The notes under the pieces: model-generated
What the model was told of the DNA's origin: nothing
Database searches by the model: none
Seen by the model: the letters and a program-made list of their open reading frames with translations, nothing else
DNA from: an uncultured virus (IMG/VR IMGVR_UViG_3300009128_000013)
Lineage: Duplodnaviria > Heunggongvirae > Uroviricota > Caudoviricetes
Direction: 5' to 3' (one strand)
IMG/VR virus record: IMGVR_UViG_3300009128_000013
DNA length: 20,000 nt
Made by a program: the position numbers and the translations under genes
Shown here: in pieces, positions 1 through 7,551 of the stretch
How positions within the stretch are numbered: the stretch's first letter is position 1
Layout of the letters: every line of letters begins with the position of its first letter

Positions 1-459
1 AAATCTTCCTGCTGAGCATGTTCCTAATCTATAATACCATATATCCCTAAGGGTCAGACCTCGTGATTTTACATATCGAATTGTTTCTTGAATGTCAGGA
101 TCCTTAGCATTCATGACACGACCAAGTAATTGAAAGCCGCTAGGTATCGAAACTTTAACTTCTTCTTCATCTTTGATAATACTTTCTTCGTAATTGCTCG
201 TGCATCTAAATAATTTTCTAGCATTGTCTGTGTGTGATATGGCGAATTTACGAAAAAGTCTGTCAATTCGCCTCCCCTTAATTCCACAAACCCAGCAATG
301 AAACATTCCGTCTTCGATTTTGATAACTAGTTTTTTCTTAAAGTCATTTTTGTCATTACAGTTTGGGCAGCGAACAGCAACATTTACTTTATCTCTGCTA
401 AGCTCGCATGCCCCAAAGGCACGTCTGACTAGCATCAATTTATCATTATAACTACTCAT
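1..459 (-). CDS. DNA primase, N-terminal part (Cys4 zinc-binding domain plus start of DnaG-type catalytic core); truncated at window edge
   Basis: Not in the ORF track. Manual translation from ATG at 459 is open to position 1 (153 codons): MSSYNDKLMLVRRAFGACELSRDKVNVAVRCPNCNDKNDFKKKLVIKIEDGMFHCWVCGIKGRRIDRLF...ETIRYVKSRGLTLRDIWYYRLGTCSAGRF. CPNC(31-34)...HCWVC(54-58) is a primase-type zinc ribbon. YVKSRGL...YRLG resembles the DnaG 'YL..RG.....F.LG' motif. Confidence 0.85.
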   Translation of the reverse strand, partial: MSSYNDKLMLVRRAFGACELSRDKVNVAVRCPNCNDKNDFKKKLVIKIEDGMFHCWVCGIKGRRIDRLFRKFAISHTDNARKLFRCTSNYEESIIKDEEEVKVSIPSGFQLLGRVMNAKDPDIQETIRYVKSRGLTLRDIWYYRLGTCSAGRF

Positions 460-491
460 TGTTATAATATTATCACAAATAGTTGATTTGT

Positions 492-1052
492 TTAAGCTGT
501 TGCAGCTGCTCTCGCCATAACATATGCGTCGGCCATGTCAAAGCATTTTGGATCTAGTATAGTCTTGCCTTTTCGAGGGCCACTTTTGAGTGTCTTTGTT
601 GGCCACGAATAACCTTCTAGCTCACTTAGAGCTGATACCCACTCTAGAACTTGATCTTTGGTTGGTTTTCCGCCGTCTTTCTTTCGAATAAGCTTAATAC
701 CTATACTCTTTCTTGCTGTATTGACATTCATGAATTCGGGATCGTACGAGAATTCTTCATAACACAGATATGATACCATTCCGTTGAATCTTGCTAGTGT
801 AGAAAGTGTTTGAGCTGAAGAAAACCCAGAACGGAATGATTGTAAATTTTCTTCTATGCATACACGATCTACAGAATACATGATGTGCAATCGTGTTAAT
901 TGATCTTTGACAATCCTGGCTTTGCGAAACATGCTTTTTTCTTTAGATAAATCAATAAATCCCATTTCGATTTTTTCAATAACATCACCTGATTGTGATA
1001 TTATACACCAGCCAGTACTAGATGTAGATATGTCTAAACCTAAAATAATCAC
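492..1052 (-). CDS. ruvC: RuvC-like Holliday junction resolvase (RNase H fold), phage type
   Basis: N-terminal IILGLDISTSSTGWCII, central VCIEE and C-terminal DMADAY give D7, E67, D172 and D175, matching the E. coli RuvC catalytic set D7/E66/D138/D141. Also has ARKSIG and KDQV motifs. The GTG start overlaps the upstream TAG by 1 nt. Confidence 0.88.
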   Translation of the reverse strand: MIILGLDISTSSTGWCIISQSGDVIEKIEMGFIDLSKEKSMFRKARIVKDQLTRLHIMYSVDRVCIEENLQSFRSGFSSAQTLSTLARFNGMVSYLCYEEFSYDPEFMNVNTARKSIGIKLIRKKDGGKPTKDQVLEWVSALSELEGYSWPTKTLKSGPRKGKTILDPKCFDMADAYVMARAAATA

Positions 1053-3517
1053 TAAAAATCCATCTTGAATCTAAAGAGGTATCTATCGTCTTCTCTTTTT
1101 ACAACCGGTTGGGAAAGGTTTGCTCGAGCTATAACATTGAGATTTTCATCGTGAAGATTAATTCCGGTTATGTATGTAAACTGATCCCTTAACTCATTTG
1201 AAGAGTCTGTGGGCTTAAGGGGCATCCAGTTTGGATTAGACGAAGAGTTGGCTAGTCCCTTAGGGCACGGAATATTCATTTCCATGACATATACATTATG
1301 TTCTCCTGTCAATGATACCTCATAACCATCTATGCCAAGCAAAGGAATGTTTGGTGTCTTTATTACAACAATACCCTCTTCGTACAAGATGTTTCCAATT
1401 GTATTCCACGTTGCGTTAGTGGTTCTACTATCTGCGCGATATAGACGACCGTTGCCGTCATCTCTTATTGTCATCTTGACTTTGCCGTCAGAACCTGTTA
1501 CACTCGAGTCATAAAGTTTGAATGTCCCTGGAACTATTTTTCTACCATAAAACATGTTTGACACATCAAAAAATACAACTTCATTAGATGAGGGATCTCG
1601 TGTTCTGTTTAGAATTGTAAGAATAGATCCTGCACTGACTCCTGGGTCTTCTGGACCTGCGCCCTGTAAAACATCTGCGATAGAGCCTGTTGACTGAGCC
1701 CCACTCGGAAGTGAGGATGTCGACACCATATTGCGAAGTGATATAAGACCATACTTTGCAAAGCCCATGTCATCTACAAATTTTGATGTTTCGTCAGATG
1801 AAGTGGGATTGTCGGGATCAGATCCAGACTTCAAAAGCGTAAAGTTAGGGGTAAATTTTCCATTATCACACGGCAGTACTGTAAGATTTCTCTTTGAGGC
1901 TGATCCTGTCTTGTATAAAAATTGATTTGCTGTGAATTCACCAGTAGAAGATTCAACTACTGATGCTGTTAGATTATAAAGCCTTGGGTAAGACTTTCTG
2001 ACAAACTCTCTTGAGAAGTTTTCTAAATTAATGAGATGGCCGCCTACACCGAATGACAATGATACATTAAATGGATCATCTGTAGTTGTCTCTTCTGTTT
2101 CGAATGGCGTGAGCATCACGTCTCTTGTATTTGTCTCTTTTACGAAAAATGGCGGTAGTAAAAATAGAAGCTTATCTTCTATAGACTCATCACCGTACAT
2201 ACTGGAAGTGAATATCTGCTCTGTATCTCTATGCTCTGAGTATATTTTGAGATTGTGAACTTCTGCATTGAGTGGGTGTTGAAAAAATACAGACGACGGA
2301 TCTCTAGAATCTGCTGAGTCTAATGATGACTTTCCGTGAAAAAAGTCTACCAAGCCATCTTTCTTTGATGCATTGACATTGAAGAATTGTGCAGTAACAC
2401 TTCCACCCCAATCATCATCACCATTATTGACACCTTCAAAATAATTGCCTACAAATAGACAATCAGACTCACCTTGTCCTGATCTTGAAAATGTGGTTGG
2501 CATTATTGACGAGGATTGTATTATGAAACGTGTATCTTCAATTCCGTCTATGACAAATGAACCAGTCCCTTTGTTGATATTGGGACCTCCCCAGCGAACT
2601 GCTACGTGATGCCACTTGTTCTTTTGTATCATATTATCACTAGACAAGAATATTAGATCACCTATTCCAGATACACTTCCTGAGTAGGTATCAGCCTTCT
2701 TGAAAGAAGTTCCATCAATGTTCGTCTTGAGCGTTCCAGTAGTCAATATGTTAGACGGCGGAATATCTGCACTGTGGCTTAGCTGCAAAAGAATTCTAAA
2801 GCCGTCAACTAATCCGTCCTTATCACGTGACGTTCCAGAAACTAATGAAACTGCATATGATGATGATTTGTGAAATATAGTACCCGGAGTATAAGATGTA
2901 CCGGAGACATCATTAGAATACCTTGCATTCAACCAAAACTCAAATGTAAATCCATCTGATGGGGTGTACGGGTAATCATTTGTCGACGAATTTCCCGATG
3001 CAGGATATATCAGAACAGAGTCACTTGGCACTGTTGACGCTGTGAAAAAGTTCAATGTGTGATAATTGTAATATGACCAGTCTAAATCAGGGTAACGATG
3101 CTTATAGTACGGAAACATAATGTTCTGAACTACATTTTTTCTCAGTGTGTCACTGGTAAACTTATAAGACGGCTCAAATCTTAGAATATCTAACTTTTTT
3201 TGGCGAACAGGAGAGAACGTTCCGGAGTTAACCATCTCCATATAATATTCAACAGACTTACTAATATCAGCAACTTGTGTTCCAGTTAGGAAAGAATTGC
3301 TTAGTGCTTGATTTCTAGACTCTTCAATTTGCGATGCATCAAAAGAGCCTGTTCCAAAATCATCAGAGGGCTGGGGATCTTTTTCTATCTTTGATGCACG
3401 AGGAAAGACAGGTATAGATCCTGTTGCTCCTGCTGTTCCTGAAGTAAATGTTCGCTTAGGATTTGCAGTTAATTTGAATAATTCAAAATTATCTGATGTA
3501 AGCGGAATTATTGACAT
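1052..3517 (-). CDS. Putative virion (baseplate/tail) protein, 821 aa, with a central LamG/concanavalin-A-like domain and a C-terminal domain shared with the 422-aa protein
   Basis: LamG-like hallmarks at about nt 2215-2960: FTFEFW, GTIFHK, NKWHHVAVRW, SFVIDG, LFVGN, AEVHNLKIY. The C-terminus YITGINLHDENLNVIARANLSQPVVK...FRFKMDF parallels the adjacent gene. The CDS is clear; the function is inferred. Confidence 0.7.
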   Translation of the reverse strand: MSIIPLTSDNFELFKLTANPKRTFTSGTAGATGSIPVFPRASKIEKDPQPSDDFGTGSFDASQIEESRNQALSNSFLTGTQVADISKSVEYYMEMVNSGTFSPVRQKKLDILRFEPSYKFTSDTLRKNVVQNIMFPYYKHRYPDLDWSYYNYHTLNFFTASTVPSDSVLIYPASGNSSTNDYPYTPSDGFTFEFWLNARYSNDVSGTSYTPGTIFHKSSSYAVSLVSGTSRDKDGLVDGFRILLQLSHSADIPPSNILTTGTLKTNIDGTSFKKADTYSGSVSGIGDLIFLSSDNMIQKNKWHHVAVRWGGPNINKGTGSFVIDGIEDTRFIIQSSSIMPTTFSRSGQGESDCLFVGNYFEGVNNGDDDWGGSVTAQFFNVNASKKDGLVDFFHGKSSLDSADSRDPSSVFFQHPLNAEVHNLKIYSEHRDTEQIFTSSMYGDESIEDKLLFLLPPFFVKETNTRDVMLTPFETEETTTDDPFNVSLSFGVGGHLINLENFSREFVRKSYPRLYNLTASVVESSTGEFTANQFLYKTGSASKRNLTVLPCDNGKFTPNFTLLKSGSDPDNPTSSDETSKFVDDMGFAKYGLISLRNMVSTSSLPSGAQSTGSIADVLQGAGPEDPGVSAGSILTILNRTRDPSSNEVVFFDVSNMFYGRKIVPGTFKLYDSSVTGSDGKVKMTIRDDGNGRLYRADSRTTNATWNTIGNILYEEGIVVIKTPNIPLLGIDGYEVSLTGEHNVYVMEMNIPCPKGLANSSSNPNWMPLKPTDSSNELRDQFTYITGINLHDENLNVIARANLSQPVVKREDDRYLFRFKMDF

Positions 3518-3540
3518 AAAAACTCATATTACTACTAAAA

Positions 3541-4809
3541 CTAAAAATCTAAACGTATGCGGAACGTGACATCTTTTTCATCGTTCTTCTCAATTGGTCT
3601 AGACATCTTAGCAACTGCTAATAAGTTTCCGACGTCATCATAAAGTCCTACAGTCGTCGGAAATGTAAACGATCTCTGGAATTGTTCCTGGCCCTGATCG
3701 ATGACACGTATTTTTCCCACATCATTTGTAAATGTGGGATTAGAAGAGTAGTTAAAGTCATCTGCAGTTGCTCGACAAAATATCAACATAGAATTGATAG
3801 TTGTAATATTTTGAAATGTCATTGCTGTGAGTGTGCCTGACGAGAATCGTGTAGTACATATGTGATCCACAATATCATCAATTGATGCTGACGTCATTAA
3901 GTCTGGAATAAATTTCGCTGATTTTGATCCAGCACCGTATAGACCTCCAATAACTGTCTTCCCTGAAGACAACCCTAGTGCAGTGTTATTGTTCATTCCG
4001 TCAATAACACCGGAAACGAATTGCGTTCCAGACATTACCTTGTTGAGATCAAACACTATAGTGCCGTGATCATAAAAGATCAGGCCGACTTTGTTTGCAG
4101 TGTTATCTGCCTGTACAATATTAGCTACTTCTCCTCCAAATGTCTGTACAGTATTTGTTGCTGCACCGATATCTGTGAATATCGTACTACCCGTTGTACT
4201 GGTTCTATTTAGATTTGTGAAGTATGGCTGTTTTGCATTGATCCCTGACGTTTCTCCACTCAAATCTCCATCTTTCTCTTCTGGGTAAACAACAACCCCG
4301 GTAGTATAAAATCTTAGTGCAAATGTTTCTTTCTTGATCTTATCTCGTGAGAAAAGACGTTTGAAAGAGATGAAGTAGGCATTTTCAATCCTGTTGTCAT
4401 CATTAGAATCATTATACGGAGCATAAAAAGCAGTCTTAGCATTGCCAAGAAGAAGCTTTGAATACTGACTGTATATGTCAACTTTCTCCCTCATCATTAG
4501 CGATGTAGAAGGAAATAATAATTTCCCTGAACTATCTTCCCCGCTTGATGCTGTTTGAACAGTTGCGCCAGAAAGATAAAGTCCTACTGTAACATCCATG
4601 ATCGGATTAGCAGTTTGAAGTGTAAAATTCTGATCATAAATTGTCTGGAACAAAGAACTAGTAACACCGGGACCGACGCCACCAGTTACAAATACTTGAT
4701 ATTTTCTGCGCGTGTTTGAACCCGAGATATCTTCTTGTATGATATCAACTAACTGATTCAAATATGATTTAGTCTGTTTTGTTGACTCAACGTCTTTTAA
4801 TCTACCCAT
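3541..4809 (-). CDS. Putative virion (baseplate/tail) structural protein, 422 aa; paralog of the C-terminal domain of the 821-aa protein
   Basis: Long ORF with AGAGGG RBS 5 nt upstream. The C-terminus FNYSSNPTF...FPTTVGLYDDVGNLLAVAKMSRPIEK...FRIRLDF resembles the GLYD..G.LIAVA motif of phage tail-collar (DUF3751/P2 gpH N-terminal) domains. Confidence 0.65.
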   Translation of the reverse strand: MGRLKDVESTKQTKSYLNQLVDIIQEDISGSNTRRKYQVFVTGGVGPGVTSSLFQTIYDQNFTLQTANPIMDVTVGLYLSGATVQTASSGEDSSGKLLFPSTSLMMREKVDIYSQYSKLLLGNAKTAFYAPYNDSNDDNRIENAYFISFKRLFSRDKIKKETFALRFYTTGVVVYPEEKDGDLSGETSGINAKQPYFTNLNRTSTTGSTIFTDIGAATNTVQTFGGEVANIVQADNTANKVGLIFYDHGTIVFDLNKVMSGTQFVSGVIDGMNNNTALGLSSGKTVIGGLYGAGSKSAKFIPDLMTSASIDDIVDHICTTRFSSGTLTAMTFQNITTINSMLIFCRATADDFNYSSNPTFTNDVGKIRVIDQGQEQFQRSFTFPTTVGLYDDVGNLLAVAKMSRPIEKNDEKDVTFRIRLDF

Positions 4810-4832
4810 CTCAACCCTCTATAAATTGATGA

Positions 4833-5537
4833 TTATGTTTCATCTCTTATCTCTATTTGCATATCAGCACGAAGCCCAGATTGATGACCAATTACAGTAA
4901 CAATTGTCGAAATCGATGATTTGTTTGTGCTTGGATCACCGTATACATTGAAGTCTGTTATCGTTAGACCCTGATTTACAGATAGTGACAATGATAATGT
5001 TGTACCCATATTTGTTGCATTTCCTGCTACTTTATAAACTGCAGTTTGGTGCATATTTTGTGTATCATATAATTTCTGCGACGACGTCGAAGATCTAAAG
5101 CTAAGAAATCTTGTAGGAAGGCTTACTATAAATGATGTATCTTGAAACCCTGTCGGAACTGATGTTGATACACCTTCCATCTTAGTTTCAAGTGATAATG
5201 TAATTGCTGTATTATTTTTCTTAAAAGATAGACTAGTCGGAGAAACAATACTCATTACGGGCAAGGTATCCAGGGGCCCTGACTGTGACACTAAAGGATG
5301 TTTGAGCGCAATTTCACCCATCGTTTGTGCTTCAAATACAGGTGTATTCTTTATTATTTTTTCTTTTCCAACTGTTCGACCGAATCTCTCAATAATTCTG
5401 TAGTCGACTTCGTCATCTGCTAGAGTATATTGTACAACTTGAAATGCGCCAGCATTTGTTGCTAAAATCTCTCTACCCTTCTCTGTAAGTACTGCATCGA
5501 CGATTATATTATTAGAACTGTGATCAAGGAAACCCAT
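4833..5537 (-). CDS. Putative virion structural protein, 234 aa
   Basis: ORF with GGAGG RBS at 5548-5552. The N-terminus MGFLDHSSNNIIVDAVLTEKGREILA...FQVVQYTLADDEVDY is a pattern I associate with large-phage structural proteins. The C-terminal half is beta-rich. Confidence 0.62.
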   Translation of the reverse strand: MGFLDHSSNNIIVDAVLTEKGREILATNAGAFQVVQYTLADDEVDYRIIERFGRTVGKEKIIKNTPVFEAQTMGEIALKHPLVSQSGPLDTLPVMSIVSPTSLSFKKNNTAITLSLETKMEGVSTSVPTGFQDTSFIVSLPTRFLSFRSSTSSQKLYDTQNMHQTAVYKVAGNATNMGTTLSLSLSVNQGLTITDFNVYGDPSTNKSSISTIVTVIGHQSGLRADMQIEIRDET

Positions 5538-5547
5538 AATTGCTTGC

Positions 5548-5552
5548 CCTCC
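5548..5552 (-). promoter_or_regulatory. Shine-Dalgarno sequence for the 234-aa gene
   Basis: The minus strand reads GCGGAGGGCAAGCAATT-ATG, with GGAGG 10 nt upstream of the ATG. Confidence 0.6.
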
Positions 5553-5597
5553 GCTTTATGTTATATGCCACTGTGACACTATTCTACGATTCTTCAT

Positions 5598-5604
5598 TAA
5601 GTAT
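5598..5604 (-). promoter_or_regulatory. Candidate phage (late) promoter element ATACTTA
   Basis: Lies in the largest intergenic gap (5538-5646), upstream of the 234/422/821-aa/RuvC block, and matches ATAnTTA at 16421-16427. Confidence 0.3.
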
Positions 5605-5646
5605 ATGACTTTATCGTGTCTGGTAAAAGGTTGAAAATACTTTCTA

Positions 5647-7536
5647 TCATTGATGTGTAGGAGTACGCTTATCTTGTAATGTAAATGTTAACATTCTTGT
5701 TCTTTGCCTGTCTAAATTTAATATTAGGAACTTATACACCCCGGTGGAGTCATATGTCATTAATTTCATATCTTCTCCGTTGCCGTCGTTTACTTGTAAG
5801 TATTCAGGATCAAAGTATACTCTCATAGAATATCTTCTAGAGTCTGACATTTTATCTTCTAATAGTCGCTGGCTTGAAATATTTTTATCCAAGCGTGGGT
5901 CTAAAAAAGAGTTGGGATATTGTTTTGGTGCACCCTTTGAAGATATCCGCTTGACTGCTACGTTATTTTTCATAGCATTGTATTTTACATGATATTGAGT
6001 TGAATAATTAGAAGTCATTCCATGAGCGTCTATAGAACATAATGCGTAAATTGCATCTGCTGTCCCTGTACTTCTCGAGAAGTCTTTATCACTATGATGG
6101 CTTATAGGCCCGGGTACAATAAAGTTGATATTGCTATTGACTACTTCAGCTGTTGCTATTTTCTCTATAGAATCGTCAAAATCGTATTGTGCGATTATTG
6201 TAAACGGCTCAAATATAGAGGACCTCCGGAATATTTGTATTTTTTTAACATCATTTTGCCTGACAACTGGATTTTGCCATTCTATGTATAATGACTCTTT
6301 CTTATAGTCGTATGTAAATGTTATTGCATTTGGTGGAGTAGGCGGAATTTCTTCTGTGCAATTAACTAGTCTTTCGCTACTTCTACGTGATCTAACTAGA
6401 CAAGAGACATGACACATCGTTGTTGTGCCACCTGCTGCATTTCCCCCTAGACTAGCATTTGAGCTTCCCCCACCAGACACTACTGCTTCTGTAAAGCTGA
6501 GCAAACATACTGTGCTTACTGTATATGCATATGCCTTTCCGTATTTTATCTTCGTATCAATGGTTTGATTAACACCCGGATTACTTACAAAAATAGATTC
6601 TTTGAGCTCGCGGCGGCCGTCTTTGAACACTTCAAACTTCTCTACAACATATCCAGCAATTTTAAGCTCAGGTGGGCTGTATGTTGTTACACCTGAAGAC
6701 ACAGCAAAAGCCTGAATGGCTGGTTCAAAGTCTGACTCTAGATCGATTCCGGTATGATCATTTTGAACTTGGCTCATCTGATACGCCTCAATTAGCTTTC
6801 TATCAAGTAAAGAAAATACGCAATCAGACGAAAATGGATTTCTAGACTGCTGATCTGTTATGTCTCTTAGTACTGATCTGTCTACTTGAAGTGAAAATCT
6901 TTGTGAAGCTGCTGATCTCAAAGGATTTAGCTCGATCTTTTTCCCCTCAGCTTCATTAATGTACGTGACACCAAATCTACTTGGATCAGAAGCCATCTCT
7001 AATAATAGCTCGCCGTCTACATCATCAGGCGTCATGTCATTCAATAGAGTAGCTACTTCATTTTGAGAAAGTTCAGACCCAGGAAGAGCACCCAATCTAT
7101 ATAGAGCTGATGTGTCAATCAAAGAAGTTATCTGTTTGACTAGATCTTTGTCCTGATAAACTACGATATCACGGCCGTCAATTGTGACATCTGTCTCTCT
7201 ATTTACTAAGCCCGCAGATGATGCTGCACTCAAATCAATAAGTCGACTATTGTCTAGAAAAAGATCCACATTATTTGATGTGAATCGTTCTGGCGTAGAC
7301 CACTGCAAAGTGACATATCTAGCTAGTGACTTAAGTGATGTTCCACCTGATAGTAAAGCTTGTATTTGTGTTGCAGTGCCGCCGTCAGGTAATGGCATGC
7401 CTGTGTCGTCAATCATTTCATTGTTGACAAAATAATTATATATAAATCGCGTCTCTAGAGAGTCAACAGGACAGTCTGGAACGTTTAAATCTGTAATAGA
7501 CTTTGTGATAAAGTCCACAGGTGCAGTTTGTGACAT
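5647..7536 (-). CDS. Hypothetical protein, 629 aa, with Fn3/Ig-like beta-sandwich patterns; probable virion protein
   Basis: Strong RBS (TAAGGAGGAGG) and tandem stops TGA TAG. Fn3-like segments: GYVVEKFE...DTKIKYGKAYAYTVSTV and IPPTPPNAITF...LYIEWQNP...KIQIFRR...DAIYALCSIDAHGMTSNYS. Confidence 0.6.
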   Translation of the reverse strand: MSQTAPVDFITKSITDLNVPDCPVDSLETRFIYNYFVNNEMIDDTGMPLPDGGTATQIQALLSGGTSLKSLARYVTLQWSTPERFTSNNVDLFLDNSRLIDLSAASSAGLVNRETDVTIDGRDIVVYQDKDLVKQITSLIDTSALYRLGALPGSELSQNEVATLLNDMTPDDVDGELLLEMASDPSRFGVTYINEAEGKKIELNPLRSAASQRFSLQVDRSVLRDITDQQSRNPFSSDCVFSLLDRKLIEAYQMSQVQNDHTGIDLESDFEPAIQAFAVSSGVTTYSPPELKIAGYVVEKFEVFKDGRRELKESIFVSNPGVNQTIDTKIKYGKAYAYTVSTVCLLSFTEAVVSGGGSSNASLGGNAAGGTTTMCHVSCLVRSRRSSERLVNCTEEIPPTPPNAITFTYDYKKESLYIEWQNPVVRQNDVKKIQIFRRSSIFEPFTIIAQYDFDDSIEKIATAEVVNSNINFIVPGPISHHSDKDFSRSTGTADAIYALCSIDAHGMTSNYSTQYHVKYNAMKNNVAVKRISSKGAPKQYPNSFLDPRLDKNISSQRLLEDKMSDSRRYSMRVYFDPEYLQVNDGNGEDMKLMTYDSTGVYKFLILNLDRQRTRMLTFTLQDKRTPTHQ

Positions 7537-7540
7537 TGTA

Positions 7541-7551
7541 CCTCCTCCTTA
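7541..7551 (-). promoter_or_regulatory. Strong Shine-Dalgarno sequence for the 629-aa gene, overlapping the upstream stop codon
   Basis: The minus strand reads TAAGGAGGAGGTACA-ATG. The TAA is the stop codon of the 1424-aa gene. Confidence 0.8.

Noticed and set aside
492..1052. RuvC domain as part of a TnpB/Cas12/IscB or transposase system
   Set aside because: It is a stand-alone 186-aa RuvC with no zinc finger, HNH or helical recognition lobes, and there is no adjacent non-coding space for a guide RNA, CRISPR array or IS ends.
5538..5646. Possible tRNA, ncRNA or intrinsic terminator in the 109-bp gap
   Set aside because: No cloverleaf or T-loop motif, and no GC-rich hairpin followed by a U-tract.
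6420..6480. Gly-rich stretch SGGGSSNASLGGNAAGGTT in the 629-aa protein as a nucleotide-binding motif
   Set aside because: No GxxxxGK[ST] or Rossmann context. It looks like a flexible loop between beta-strands.
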